Positions 46,387 through 55,808 are shown, counted from the first letter of the stretch. The stretch is 64,000 nt of DNA from Asticcacaulis sp. (GCA_047605545.1 JASGFL010000003.1:14755-78754), one strand, 5' to 3'. Program-made: numbers and translations. The notes: generated by a model from the sequence alone, not told the origin.

Positions 46387-47209
46387 GGGCCTTAGCTGGC
46401 AAGTGCTGCGCGTCGGGGCCTGTCGGCACCCTGAGATATTAAGCCGTCGTCGCGGCCATATCTGCCCCATCGGCTTTCCGGCGTTGGTGGGGTTGATCCA
46501 CCATCCGACCTTTGGCGCGATCCTGTTTGATACCGGCTATGCGCCACGTTTCTTTACCGCCACCGAAGCCTTCCCTGAGCGGCTTTATCGCTGGGCAACG
46601 CCGGTGCAGTACGGGCCGGAAGATGATCTGGTGACGCAACTGGATCGCTTAGGCCTGAAGTCATCGGACATAAGGGCGGTGATTGTATCGCATTTCCACG
46701 GTGATCATGTGGCGGGTCTGGCTGATTTTGCTAAGGCGCAGGTATTTTGCGCCCGTGCCGGATATGCGCAGATTCAGGGCGGCACTCGGTTCGGACGGGT
46801 GCGGCGGGGTTTGCTTAAAACGCTGGTGCCGGAAAGCCTTAAGCCGGTATTTTTCGAGGATCGGCCGCTGGTGGCGTTACCGGCGCAACTGGCACCGTTT
46901 GACCGTGGCGTGGATGTGTTTGGAGACGGGTCTTTGATGGCAGTTGAGCTGCCCGGACACTGTGCCGGTCATTGGGGGCTGTGGGTCGGTTCTGAGACGG
47001 AGGCCCTGTTTATCGGTGATGCCGCCTGGTCGATGCAGGCCATTGTTGACGACGATCCGCCACCGGCCTTTACGACGGGGCTATTGGGCGACACCAAGGC
47101 CTATCGGCGCACGCTCAAAGGACTTGCGGCGGTGGCGCAACGCCTTGAGGTCATACCGTCCCATTGTGAGGTGACGGCGCGTAAATGGGTGGCGGGCTAT
47201 GGGGTTTGA
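46376..47209 (+). CDS. Metallo-beta-lactamase-fold hydrolase
   Basis: LFDTG, SHFHGDHVAG (HxHxDH), LPGHCAGH, GDAAW, PSH. Confidence 0.88.
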   Translation: MGDRGLSWQVLRVGACRHPEILSRRRGHICPIGFPALVGLIHHPTFGAILFDTGYAPRFFTATEAFPERLYRWATPVQYGPEDDLVTQLDRLGLKSSDIRAVIVSHFHGDHVAGLADFAKAQVFCARAGYAQIQGGTRFGRVRRGLLKTLVPESLKPVFFEDRPLVALPAQLAPFDRGVDVFGDGSLMAVELPGHCAGHWGLWVGSETEALFIGDAAWSMQAIVDDDPPPAFTTGLLGDTKAYRRTLKGLAAVAQRLEVIPSHCEVTARKWVAGYGV

Positions 47210-48386
47210 GGCCGCGCAAACCTTTGTGCAGACCTGTTTCAGTCCGCGCACCCCCGAAGGATTAAGGCGGCGTCAGGCGCGTCTGTGGGGCGAACTTAGG
47301 GCGCAGTTCAGCAGGGCACCGGCGCTGAAGGCCTTTGTCGGCGCTGAGTTAGGTGACATTCCGGTTATTGATACGGCCTGTTTTCGTGCGCGTTTTGCGG
47401 ACTATAACACGCTGGGCCTGTCGCTTGAGGCGGCTGTTGAGGCGGCGCAACGGGCCGAGGCCGGTGAAGCGGATGATCTGGGAAACGGTGTCAGTGCCGG
47501 TTTTTCGACCGGTACCGGCGGCGGTTTGCGAGGGTTATTTGTCACGACCAGAGACGAACGTCAGGCCTATGGGGCCATGCTGGCGGGGCGGCTGTTTGGG
47601 CCTGCGGACTGGCTGCATCTGGGACGTATTGCTGTCTGTCTCAGGGCCGGGAACCGGCTGTATAACCGGCGTGGCGTGCGCTTCTTTGGTCTGGCGCAGG
47701 CTGATCGTGATCCGGCGATTGCCGCCTTTGATCCCAAGGTGTTGATTGCGCCGCCGCAGGTATTGCTTGAACTGGCGCAAAGCGGTCATAATTTACCATC
47801 TCTGAGGCGGTTGTTTTATGGTGCGGAAACGCTGAATGAGACTGAACGCGCGTTTGTAACCAAAGCTTTGGGGGGGCGGCCTGATCCGATCTATCAGGCC
47901 ACCGAAGGCTTTGTGGGCGCGCCGTGCCGGTTCGGGACTTTGCACCTGAATGACGATCAGATGATCATCGAACGCGAAGACATTGGCGGCGGCAGATTCA
48001 GGCCGGTGATCACGGATCTGATGCGTCGGTCGCAACTGGTTGTGCGGCTACGTCTTGAGGATATTTTGCGACCAACCGTTTGCGCCTGTGGCAGTCCGCG
48101 TCAGGCGGTGATGCCGGTCGAGGGACGTACCTCCGATGTCTGGCGCTGGGGGGATAAGGTGGTCTGGCCGGCGGAGGTTGAGGCTTTGGTCGCGCCTTTG
48201 TTGCCAGCGGCGCATCGCTGGGTGGCGACCGGATCGGCGCAGGGGATAGAGTTTGCCTGCGCGCATGAAAACGATGCCGAAGTAATGAAGCAGGCCTTGC
48301 GCAGATTGGGTCAGCCGGTCAGGCGTGTGGCCTATGATCCGGCGTCGGATTTTCCCAAACGCCGTCATGTGCGGTGGCGATCATGA
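47199..48386 (+). CDS. F390-synthetase/PaaK-like adenylate-forming enzyme
   Basis: P-loop AGFSTGTGGGLRGLF, AETL, IYQATEG, LHLNDD, RPVITDL.R, CACGS...EGR, terminal PKRRHV. Confidence 0.8.
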   Translation: MGFEAAQTFVQTCFSPRTPEGLRRRQARLWGELRAQFSRAPALKAFVGAELGDIPVIDTACFRARFADYNTLGLSLEAAVEAAQRAEAGEADDLGNGVSAGFSTGTGGGLRGLFVTTRDERQAYGAMLAGRLFGPADWLHLGRIAVCLRAGNRLYNRRGVRFFGLAQADRDPAIAAFDPKVLIAPPQVLLELAQSGHNLPSLRRLFYGAETLNETERAFVTKALGGRPDPIYQATEGFVGAPCRFGTLHLNDDQMIIEREDIGGGRFRPVITDLMRRSQLVVRLRLEDILRPTVCACGSPRQAVMPVEGRTSDVWRWGDKVVWPAEVEALVAPLLPAAHRWVATGSAQGIEFACAHENDAEVMKQALRRLGQPVRRVAYDPASDFPKRRHVRWRS

Positions 48387-49504
48387 GGATTTTGCTGACC
48401 GGTGTGCGCGCCCCTGTGGCGATGGATCTGGTGGCGGCCCTGAGTGCGGGCGGGCATCAGGTGTGGGGGATAGACAGCCTGCCGCGTCCGGTGGTCGGGC
48501 CGTATCTCAACGGGTTTTATCTCTGTGCCTCGCCCAGATTTATGCCCGATGCGTTTTTGCGTGATATATGCGCCGCCGTTGAGGCCGTTCAGCCCGATAT
48601 TATTATCCCCCTCTGCGAAGACGTATTCTATTGGGCCAAAGCGTCCGAGGCGCACGGATGGCCTTTGTTTGCAACGGATTTAGCCACCCTGATGCGGCTG
48701 CATTCCAAATATGCCTTTGTCGGGGTGGCGGCAAAATACGGACTAAAAGTGCCAAAAACGGTACGTTTTCAGGCGGGGTGGGTCGGTGAGCGGGGACAAG
48801 ACCATGTGTTCAAGCCGGAATATTCGCGTTTCGGGGCCAAGCTGCATATTCGCCCGCTTCAGGTACCGGATTTGACGTCTGAGCCGACGAATCCCTGGTT
48901 GCGGCAGGACTGGGTGGCGGGCGAGGATATCAGCACCTTTGTGGTCGCGCACGAGGGGAGGATAACGGCCTTTAGTGCGTATCGCTCAGGCTGGCGTATG
49001 CCCGGCGGGGTCAGCTATTATTTTGACCCGCTGGAGCCGGAACTGATGACCACCCTTGAGGGGCTGATGGGGCAGCTTGTGGCCGGTTTGGGGTTCACCG
49101 GACAGTTGGGGTGTGACCTGAGGCATGATCCAGACGGTCAGTTGTGGTTCATTGAGGCCAATCCGCGTGCCACCAGCGGCCTGCATCTGCTGGCGCATGA
49201 TCCTGAGGCCTTGAGTGCGGCCTATACGGACAAGGCGGCGCCACTGTTGCGGACTTCGCCTCAGGCGGCCTGTGTCGGGCCGGTTATGTATCTGTCGGGC
49301 TGGCCGCAGGCGCTGCGTAACGGTCGGGTGGCCTTATGGCAGGCCGATATGCGTCGGGCGCGTGATGTGACCGGAAGGGGGGCGTTGCGGCTCATGACCA
49401 GGGGGGCGGGTCTGATGGCGCAGGCCGTGGTCAGGGGGATGCCTCTGGCGCAGTTTCTGACCGTAGATATTGAGTGTAACCATGACCTGAGCGGTTCAGT
49501 TTAG
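48383..49504 (+). CDS. ATP-grasp domain protein
   Basis: RILLTGVRAPVA, DIIIPLCED, LHSKYAF, VFKPEYSRFG, WLRQDWVAG, FTGQLGCD, FIEANPRATSG. Confidence 0.85.
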   Translation: MRILLTGVRAPVAMDLVAALSAGGHQVWGIDSLPRPVVGPYLNGFYLCASPRFMPDAFLRDICAAVEAVQPDIIIPLCEDVFYWAKASEAHGWPLFATDLATLMRLHSKYAFVGVAAKYGLKVPKTVRFQAGWVGERGQDHVFKPEYSRFGAKLHIRPLQVPDLTSEPTNPWLRQDWVAGEDISTFVVAHEGRITAFSAYRSGWRMPGGVSYYFDPLEPELMTTLEGLMGQLVAGLGFTGQLGCDLRHDPDGQLWFIEANPRATSGLHLLAHDPEALSAAYTDKAAPLLRTSPQAACVGPVMYLSGWPQALRNGRVALWQADMRRARDVTGRGALRLMTRGAGLMAQAVVRGMPLAQFLTVDIECNHDLSGSV

Positions 49505-51373
49505 GGTCAGGCGTTCCTTATCGAGATAGGCACTGATGTCGTCTTCGGGCATGGGACGGCTGAAGAGATAGCCCTGCACATTTACGGCACCGGCGGATTT
49601 GAGCTGATGCAGTTCGGACTCGGTTTCGACGCCTTCGACGACGTGCTCCATACCCAGATTGTCGGCCAGTTCGATCATGGATTTGATGATCTTCATGGCG
49701 CGGTCATTGCGGCCCAGCTCAAGCACGAAGGAGCGGTCGATCTTAACCGTATCGACCTTGACGCGGTTGATATGGCTGAAATTGGTATAGCCGGAGCCAA
49801 AGTCATCCAGCGCGATGCGGCAACCCATATCCGCCAGTCGCCGGATGCCGTTTTCCGCCTGAGTAAAATCGGTGATCATGGCGGTTTCGGTGATCTCGAA
49901 CTCAATGCGCGTCGGGCAAACCTGTGAGGCATGTACCACATCGACGATGCGGCTGACGGCGACCGGAGACAATATGTCCCGTGCCGACAGGTTGAAGGCC
50001 AGACGGATGTCTTCGGGCCAGTCTTTGGCCACCTGAAGGGCCTTTTCCAGCAGGATCGGCGTCAGGCCGGTAATCAGGCCGGAGCGTTCCGCCGCGCGGA
50101 TGAACATGTCGGGCGAGACGACCCCCAGACGTTCGCTGTGCCAGCGGGCGAGGGCCTCAAAAGCGACGGTCTTACCGGCCCTGATGTCGTATTGCGGCTG
50201 AAAGGCCAGTGTCAGTTCCTTTTGGCCATCAATGGCGCGCAGGGCCTGCTCAACCTCTTTGGTGGCGCGGATCAGGTCTTCGTGGGTGCGATCAAACAGG
50301 ACGGCTATGCCGCGTCCGCGTTCCTTGGCCTCATAAAGGGCATAGTCGGCGCGCTCAAGCAGGCGCGAGGCCGTAACCTCCATATCTGCCGCGCGGAAGG
50401 TAAAGCCAAGGGATGCCGACAGGTGCGCGGTTTCGTTCTCAAGCGGATATGGGCGCGACAGAGCGGCCACCAGCTTATCGGCGCATTCCTGTAGCTGGGT
50501 GTTGTCCTGTGGTGCCATCAGCATCACGGCAAATTCGTCGCCGCCAAGACGGGCGATCAAAGAACCCTCGGTGCAGGTCTGTTTCAGACGCTGGGCTACC
50601 TGAGACAGGACGCTGTCACCGGCGGCATGGCCATAGATGTCATTGATCGGCTTAAATCCGTCCAGATCCACAAGCCCCAGATAGAAAGAATCAGGCTGGG
50701 CCAGACGGCTGTTGATCTGCGTGAGGAAGGCGCGGCGATTGGCCAGTCCGGTAAGGGAGTCATAGGTGGCAAGGGTCAGGGCCTGATCACGGTGGCGGTC
50801 AGCGGCCAGCTTTGCGTGTAGCGCCCTGAGCATGGTCGAGCGGATAATGATCGATAGGGCTATGCCGACGACTGATCCGCAAAAGGCTACCCAGATACAA
50901 TCGGCAAAGCTGTCGGGGTCAAAGCGCCAGGCGGCGTACAGAAAGGCGACGATCGTGACTACGGAACAGGTCACAGTTACCCGCAAACGTACCGCCGCCA
51001 GCGCCAGCGCCGGTAGCAGCAACAGCAGGTACATCAGTTTGACGGGACGGTATTCGAGGAAAATATCCAGACAACCGTTGAACACCAGAAGCAGGCTGCA
51101 AACATAGCCGGTCAGTTCAAGGCGGAACATCGAGGCTTTGTTATGGTTGTAGAACCAGAAGCCAATGAGCACCAAAAGCGTAAAAAGCGAAAGCGCCGGA
51201 ATATAGCCCGGATCGCCTTCGACGCGGTAAAACACGGTATTGACCGTAAAAAAGGCAATGGCGAACAGGATGAAACGGTTGAGGTTGCCGCGCAGAATGA
51301 CCGCCAGTTCGTCTTCGACCGCGCGGTCGGCACTATCCGGAGCCAGAAGATTAGGAAACGCGACTTTCAACAT
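49496..51373 (-). CDS. Membrane-anchored GGDEF-EAL protein (putative bifunctional diguanylate cyclase/phosphodiesterase)
   Basis: About 5-6 N-terminal transmembrane segments; DSLTGLANRR, DLDGFKPIND, RLGGDEF; FEALARW, DDFGSGY, EGVET, QGYLFSRP. Confidence 0.93.
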   Translation of the reverse strand: MLKVAFPNLLAPDSADRAVEDELAVILRGNLNRFILFAIAFFTVNTVFYRVEGDPGYIPALSLFTLLVLIGFWFYNHNKASMFRLELTGYVCSLLLVFNGCLDIFLEYRPVKLMYLLLLLPALALAAVRLRVTVTCSVVTIVAFLYAAWRFDPDSFADCIWVAFCGSVVGIALSIIIRSTMLRALHAKLAADRHRDQALTLATYDSLTGLANRRAFLTQINSRLAQPDSFYLGLVDLDGFKPINDIYGHAAGDSVLSQVAQRLKQTCTEGSLIARLGGDEFAVMLMAPQDNTQLQECADKLVAALSRPYPLENETAHLSASLGFTFRAADMEVTASRLLERADYALYEAKERGRGIAVLFDRTHEDLIRATKEVEQALRAIDGQKELTLAFQPQYDIRAGKTVAFEALARWHSERLGVVSPDMFIRAAERSGLITGLTPILLEKALQVAKDWPEDIRLAFNLSARDILSPVAVSRIVDVVHASQVCPTRIEFEITETAMITDFTQAENGIRRLADMGCRIALDDFGSGYTNFSHINRVKVDTVKIDRSFVLELGRNDRAMKIIKSMIELADNLGMEHVVEGVETESELHQLKSAGAVNVQGYLFSRPMPEDDISAYLDKERLTLN

Positions 51374-51494
51374 ACCTGACGCCTTCTACGGTACAGGGGA
51401 ACGGCTTCAGGTGCCTGTGGTGCGGACTTAATACAGACGAACAATAATATTTACCTAAGAAAGGCGCAAACGAGAAGCAGATGCGAAGGGCGTG

Positions 51495-51522
51495 CCCTAC
51501 AGAACCGGCCCTATAGAACCGG
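51495..51522. repeat. Tandem 14-bp direct repeat
   Basis: CCCTACAGAACCGG followed immediately by CCCTATAGAACCGG. Confidence 0.7.
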
Positions 51523-51604
51523 TATGACAATTTTATGCGTCAGGCATTAGCATCGGCCCGTCCGTCTGTTTCACGGATGGTGATCAGCGCACGGGGGTCA
51601 AACC

Positions 51605-52075
51605 ATGTTGGAAAGCTATGATATTGTGCTGCGTCTTTTGGCGGCGACGGCCATAGGCATGATAATCGGCCTTGATCGGGATGCGCGGGCGCGTCCGGCG
51701 GGCATGAGAACCATGGGTCTGGTGGCGCTGGGGGCCGCAATGATTGCCGTGACCGCCACCCATGTCACCTTGCTGCAAAATCAGCCGGACGCCACCAGCC
51801 GTACCATTCAGGGCGTGATACAAGGCGTTATGGCCGGTATCGGCTTTCTGGGGGCAGGGGTACTTTTGAAGCAGGAAGCGACATCCGAAATACATGGCAT
51901 GACGACGGCGGCGGCTATCTGGGCGACGGCGGCGCTGGGTATAACGGCAGGGCTGGCGCTATGGTCGGTATTTTTTACAGGGGCGGCGGTGACACTGCTG
52001 TTGCTGGTGGTAGCGCACCCGCTGGAGCAGCGGGTTGAGCGCTGGGCCGAGAAAAAGGGCCGCAAACGCCGATAA
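51605..52075 (+). CDS. MgtC/SapB-family membrane protein (membrane domain only)
   Basis: IGLDR..R.RPAGMRT, GIGFLGAG, GMTTAAAIW.TAALG. Confidence 0.88.
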   Translation: MLESYDIVLRLLAATAIGMIIGLDRDARARPAGMRTMGLVALGAAMIAVTATHVTLLQNQPDATSRTIQGVIQGVMAGIGFLGAGVLLKQEATSEIHGMTTAAAIWATAALGITAGLALWSVFFTGAAVTLLLLVVAHPLEQRVERWAEKKGRKRR

Positions 52076-52109
52076 AAAAAGGGCGTACGCGGGATAGTGC
52101 GTACGCCCT
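52074..52109 (-). terminator. Intrinsic terminator of the TBDR-3 transcript
   Basis: On the minus strand: AGGGCGTACGC-ACTATCCC-GCGTACGCCCT followed by a T-run. Confidence 0.85.
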
Positions 52110-52209
52110 GAGTAGGCTTCGGTTTGCGGTGCATACGAGGGAGGTGTGCACCACAGAAGCCATCAGAAGGGTGACCGGAGACGGGATGAGCCTCCGGTCG
52201 GGGGAGGAA
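52074..52209 (-). ncRNA. Candidate 3'-UTR-derived three-hairpin sRNA with C-rich (anti-Shine-Dalgarno-like) loops
   Basis: After the stop codon: UUCCUCCCCC, then hairpins with loops GCUCAUCCCGU, CACCUCCCUCGUA and ACUAUCCC, ending in the terminator. Expression as an sRNA is not shown. Confidence 0.35.
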
Positions 52210-55200
52210 CTAGAACTTCATACGCAGACCGAGCTGGATGCGACGGTCATAACGGAACCAGCCGGCGGGCAGGTACTTGTATTCCTGATCCGGATTGGCT
52301 TCGGTTGGCCCCTTGACCTGTTGACGGATACGGATTTCCGTCGCCAGCAGGTTGTTGGCCTGAAGGTTGATTTCCAGATTGTCCGTTACGGCATAGCGCA
52401 TGGAGGCATCGAGGAAGCCTTCGGATTCGTTCCAGACGTGGAAGCGAACACAGCAGTCATTGATCGAGCTGATATATTCCGAGCGCCAGTTATAGGCCAG
52501 ACGGCTGCCGAACTTGCCCTTTTCGTACATCAGAATGAAGTTGTACGAATTATCGGACATGTTCTCCAGACGGGCCGGAATCATGTTTCCGTCCAGTGCC
52601 GAAGCGGCCACCGCATCACCACCATCCGTATCAATCACCAGATTGGCGTTCTTGATGCCGGAGTTATGCAGCATGGTGTAGTTGGCCTGTACGCCCAGAC
52701 CATCCCACGGTGACGGCAGGAAGGTGAAGTAGCGCTGGTAAGACATTTCCCAGCCTTTGATCGCCGCGCCATCGCCATTGACCGGACCACGAATGACGAC
52801 GTCACGTGTCACGCCATTATTGGTGATCGGAACATTAAACACGCCGTTCTGGATGTAGTCGTAGAACTTTTTGTAGAACAGGGTGAACGTGAACGAACCG
52901 ACGCTGTCGAAGTAGTTTTCGAACGACAGGTCGAACTGATCGGCCGTGACAGGCTTCAGGCGCGGATTGCCTGTGTTGCCGGTGTAGCCATAGATATAGC
53001 TGACCGGATTACCGGCATTGTCGAGCACGATGTTCGGATTGCCGACGCGGATATCGCTTTGTGGCACGAACGAGCGGTTCATGGTCACGAAGTTACGCAG
53101 CAGGCCGATATCGGGCTTTGACATGGCCCGTGACGCCGCAAAACGCACCAGCCATTCGTCATTCAGATCAATCTTGATGTTGAAGCTTGGCAGGGTGTTT
53201 TTATGCTTGGTCGATACCGTGGACAGCGTGCTGCTGCCGTTGGAGAAGGCCTGATCGTCAACCGAACCCAGCGCCAGACAGCCCGGTGAAATCGCATATT
53301 GATCAGGATCGAGATTATCGATTATGTCCTGAGACAGCGGATTACAGACCAGCTGGGCTTCTGTGAATGCCGAGGCGTAGTTCAAAGCACCGGCTGATTT
53401 GATAGTGGTTTCGACATAGCGCACCCCAATGTTACCTGAGACGCGGAAGCGGTCAAAGATAACGGCGTCAGGGCCACCAAAGTTGAGCATGATATAGGCG
53501 GCATTGCTCTTTTCTTCGACCTTGAGCACTTCACCCTGTCTGAAGCAGCTGTTTTCCAGCTCGTCAGGACGTTCGCAGACCGGATTCCATGCGGTTGAGG
53601 CCACGCCACCTTCGTCGGTCTGGCCGCGAACGCTGAAGCGTTTGGCCATTTCTTCACGGTTGGAGAGGATGTCGCGTTTCATGAACACGAATTCGTCCTG
53701 ACCGATCAGGCCGTCCAGCAGCTTGCCGCCGAACTTGCGGGTTTCATAATAGCCCTGTTCATAGCCCTGGAAGCGGATGCTGCCGTCATCATTATAGGTC
53801 GGGCCGGAATCGACGAACCATGCGTCTGCCGGATTGACGCCCCAGTCCGAAGCCACGCTGGCCCAGTTATACAGCGACCAGCCATGTTCCTGTTCGCGCT
53901 TGTTCGTACGTACACCGGCACGCAGCTCATTGAGCCATGTGTTATCAAAGGCATAGGCAACATCAAGGCGACCGGCTGTCGATTCACCGCGTGAAACCGT
54001 CATGTGATCCATGGCGGATTCAGGATTGTAGTTGCGGTAGTCGGACAGAGGGTCGCTGCCGATTACATTATAGCCGCTGGGGTAGCTGAAGCCGACCGTA
54101 GGGCGCTTGCCGCTCAGGTCGAGATCGACGTTAGTATAGGTGCCGAGTTCGAAGGTCAGGTCATACTTGTCGGTCGAAGCCTTGACGTGTTGCAGGTCAA
54201 GATTGAAGCTGAGCTTCTCGGTCGGACGCCAGACAAAGTTGAAGGATACGTCATCAATTTTGCGGACTTCTTCGCTGTGGCGGCTGACGGTATTCAGGAA
54301 GGTGCCGCCGCGGCACGGCAGACCGCCGTTGACATAGGTGACGCAAGGTTCAATGACCGGCAGGTTGATGCCATGCTTGGCATAGGTGCCGTACTGGTCA
54401 GTAGAACCGGGGATCATGGTGCCGGTGCTCCAGTCAACCAGACCGTAACCCCAGTCCCCCTTTGAGCGCGTAATCACGCCGCGCTGGAACATGCCGTTTT
54501 CGTCAAACGTATAGGGCGTGCCACCGGTCGGCGGGGCCAGCAGCAGAGGGTTGTCCCAGACCGTTGAGTGGTTGGTGCTGGCCGGATCAACCCACATCCA
54601 GTAATTGATCAGCTGGTCTTCGGTCCACACATTGTCATATTTGGCGTGGTTATATTGCAGGCTGGCCTTCATGCTGCGGTCGTTATTTTGCCACTGGGCG
54701 GCAAAACCGGCGCCGGTACGCTTACGCTCATAGAGCGTGTCATTATAGGCTACGCCCGAAGGAATGTAGTTTTCCTGATCCGTGTAGGTGCCCGGTGCAT
54801 AGACCACCATACGGGGCAGGGTCGCAGCTTCGGAATTGGTCTCAACAACCGAATAGGCACCGTTCACCAGAAGGCCGAACTCACCATATTCTGTGTCCCA
54901 GCGATCGCTGAACAGACCGGAAATGTTTGGCGTTGTCTTTTTGGACATGTCGCCATAGTTGGCTTCGATGGTGCCGCTGATGACGCGACCGCGCTGGTCG
55001 AAGGGCTGACGGGTGCGCAGATCGACGCTGCCGGCGATACCGCCTTCGATAAGTTCAGCAGACTGGTTCTTATAGGTATCGACGCGGGACATCAGTTCCG
55101 GCGATACGTCCGACCAGGACAGGCCATAGCCTGAGGTTGCCGAGAACATGTCGCGGCCGTTAAATTCAGAACGTACCTGCGGCAGGCCGCGGATAATCAC

Positions 55201-55545
55201 GCCTGCGGGCTCGGCGGAATAGTGCATCACGTCGTCCCGGGCGGCAGAGCGGATAACGGTTACACCCGGTACGCGCTGAAGCGCTTCGGCAACCGATTTA
55301 TCGGGGAAGGCGCCAATATCGTTGGCGGTAATGGAATCAACAATTGTGCTGGAACTGCGCTTGATGTCCTGCGCATTCTTCAGTGCCTGACGGGTGCCGG
55401 TGACGATGACTTCGGTGGTGTCGCTGTCGTCGGTGGTGGTACCTTGCGCGGTCGCGGTCTGAACGGTGGCAACCTGACCCATCATCAGGGTGGCTGCGAC
55501 GATCAGCGCTGTGCGCGATACGCTGTTACTTGCCTCGGTTTTCAT
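52210..55545 (-). CDS. TonB-dependent receptor (TBDR-3), glycan-uptake type, 1111 aa
   Basis: EVIVTGTR, DSITANDIGAFPDKSVAEALQRVPGV, ELMSRVDTYK, IEGGIAGSVDLRT, C-terminal LGLRMKF. Confidence 0.95.
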   Translation of the reverse strand: MKTEASNSVSRTALIVAATLMMGQVATVQTATAQGTTTDDSDTTEVIVTGTRQALKNAQDIKRSSSTIVDSITANDIGAFPDKSVAEALQRVPGVTVIRSAARDDVMHYSAEPAGVIIRGLPQVRSEFNGRDMFSATSGYGLSWSDVSPELMSRVDTYKNQSAELIEGGIAGSVDLRTRQPFDQRGRVISGTIEANYGDMSKKTTPNISGLFSDRWDTEYGEFGLLVNGAYSVVETNSEAATLPRMVVYAPGTYTDQENYIPSGVAYNDTLYERKRTGAGFAAQWQNNDRSMKASLQYNHAKYDNVWTEDQLINYWMWVDPASTNHSTVWDNPLLLAPPTGGTPYTFDENGMFQRGVITRSKGDWGYGLVDWSTGTMIPGSTDQYGTYAKHGINLPVIEPCVTYVNGGLPCRGGTFLNTVSRHSEEVRKIDDVSFNFVWRPTEKLSFNLDLQHVKASTDKYDLTFELGTYTNVDLDLSGKRPTVGFSYPSGYNVIGSDPLSDYRNYNPESAMDHMTVSRGESTAGRLDVAYAFDNTWLNELRAGVRTNKREQEHGWSLYNWASVASDWGVNPADAWFVDSGPTYNDDGSIRFQGYEQGYYETRKFGGKLLDGLIGQDEFVFMKRDILSNREEMAKRFSVRGQTDEGGVASTAWNPVCERPDELENSCFRQGEVLKVEEKSNAAYIMLNFGGPDAVIFDRFRVSGNIGVRYVETTIKSAGALNYASAFTEAQLVCNPLSQDIIDNLDPDQYAISPGCLALGSVDDQAFSNGSSTLSTVSTKHKNTLPSFNIKIDLNDEWLVRFAASRAMSKPDIGLLRNFVTMNRSFVPQSDIRVGNPNIVLDNAGNPVSYIYGYTGNTGNPRLKPVTADQFDLSFENYFDSVGSFTFTLFYKKFYDYIQNGVFNVPITNNGVTRDVVIRGPVNGDGAAIKGWEMSYQRYFTFLPSPWDGLGVQANYTMLHNSGIKNANLVIDTDGGDAVAASALDGNMIPARLENMSDNSYNFILMYEKGKFGSRLAYNWRSEYISSINDCCVRFHVWNESEGFLDASMRYAVTDNLEINLQANNLLATEIRIRQQVKGPTEANPDQEYKYLPAGWFRYDRRIQLGLRMKF

Positions 55546-55620
55546 TTCTAGCCCCTATTTGTAATTTAAGCACACGGGTGGGTCGTCTGCACCCGCTGGT
55601 GAAGCCTTATGGGCAGGCGG

Positions 55621-55722
55621 TCAGTGTGACCGTCCGCGTTCGGGTAAGTGGTGGGGAACCCAGGTGTCGGGGGCACAGAATTGCGGGCATGTCGCTCTTC
55701 GGTACTTAGCCTTATGTGTCAT
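55621..55722 (-). CDS. Candidate 33-aa small ORF/leader peptide upstream of TBDR-3 (MTHKAKYRRATCPQFCAPDTWVPHHLPERGRSH)
   Basis: GAGGAG lies 8 nt before the ATG; TGA stop is 75 nt before the TBDR-3 start. Below the ORF-track size cut-off. Confidence 0.4.
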   Translation of the reverse strand: MTHKAKYRRATCPQFCAPDTWVPHHLPERGRSH

Positions 55723-55808
55723 AACCTAAACTCCTCACGAAATATGCGGGCTTATCGCCTCTTTATGTTGCGATTTAGGTTCATTTTTCTTTCCCTGTCT
55801 ACATTATC

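Noticed and set aside
51374-51604. Salmonella-type mgtC leader peptide or Mg2+ riboswitch
   Set aside because: No Pro-rich short ORF with a ribosome-binding site or M-box-like structure was recognised.
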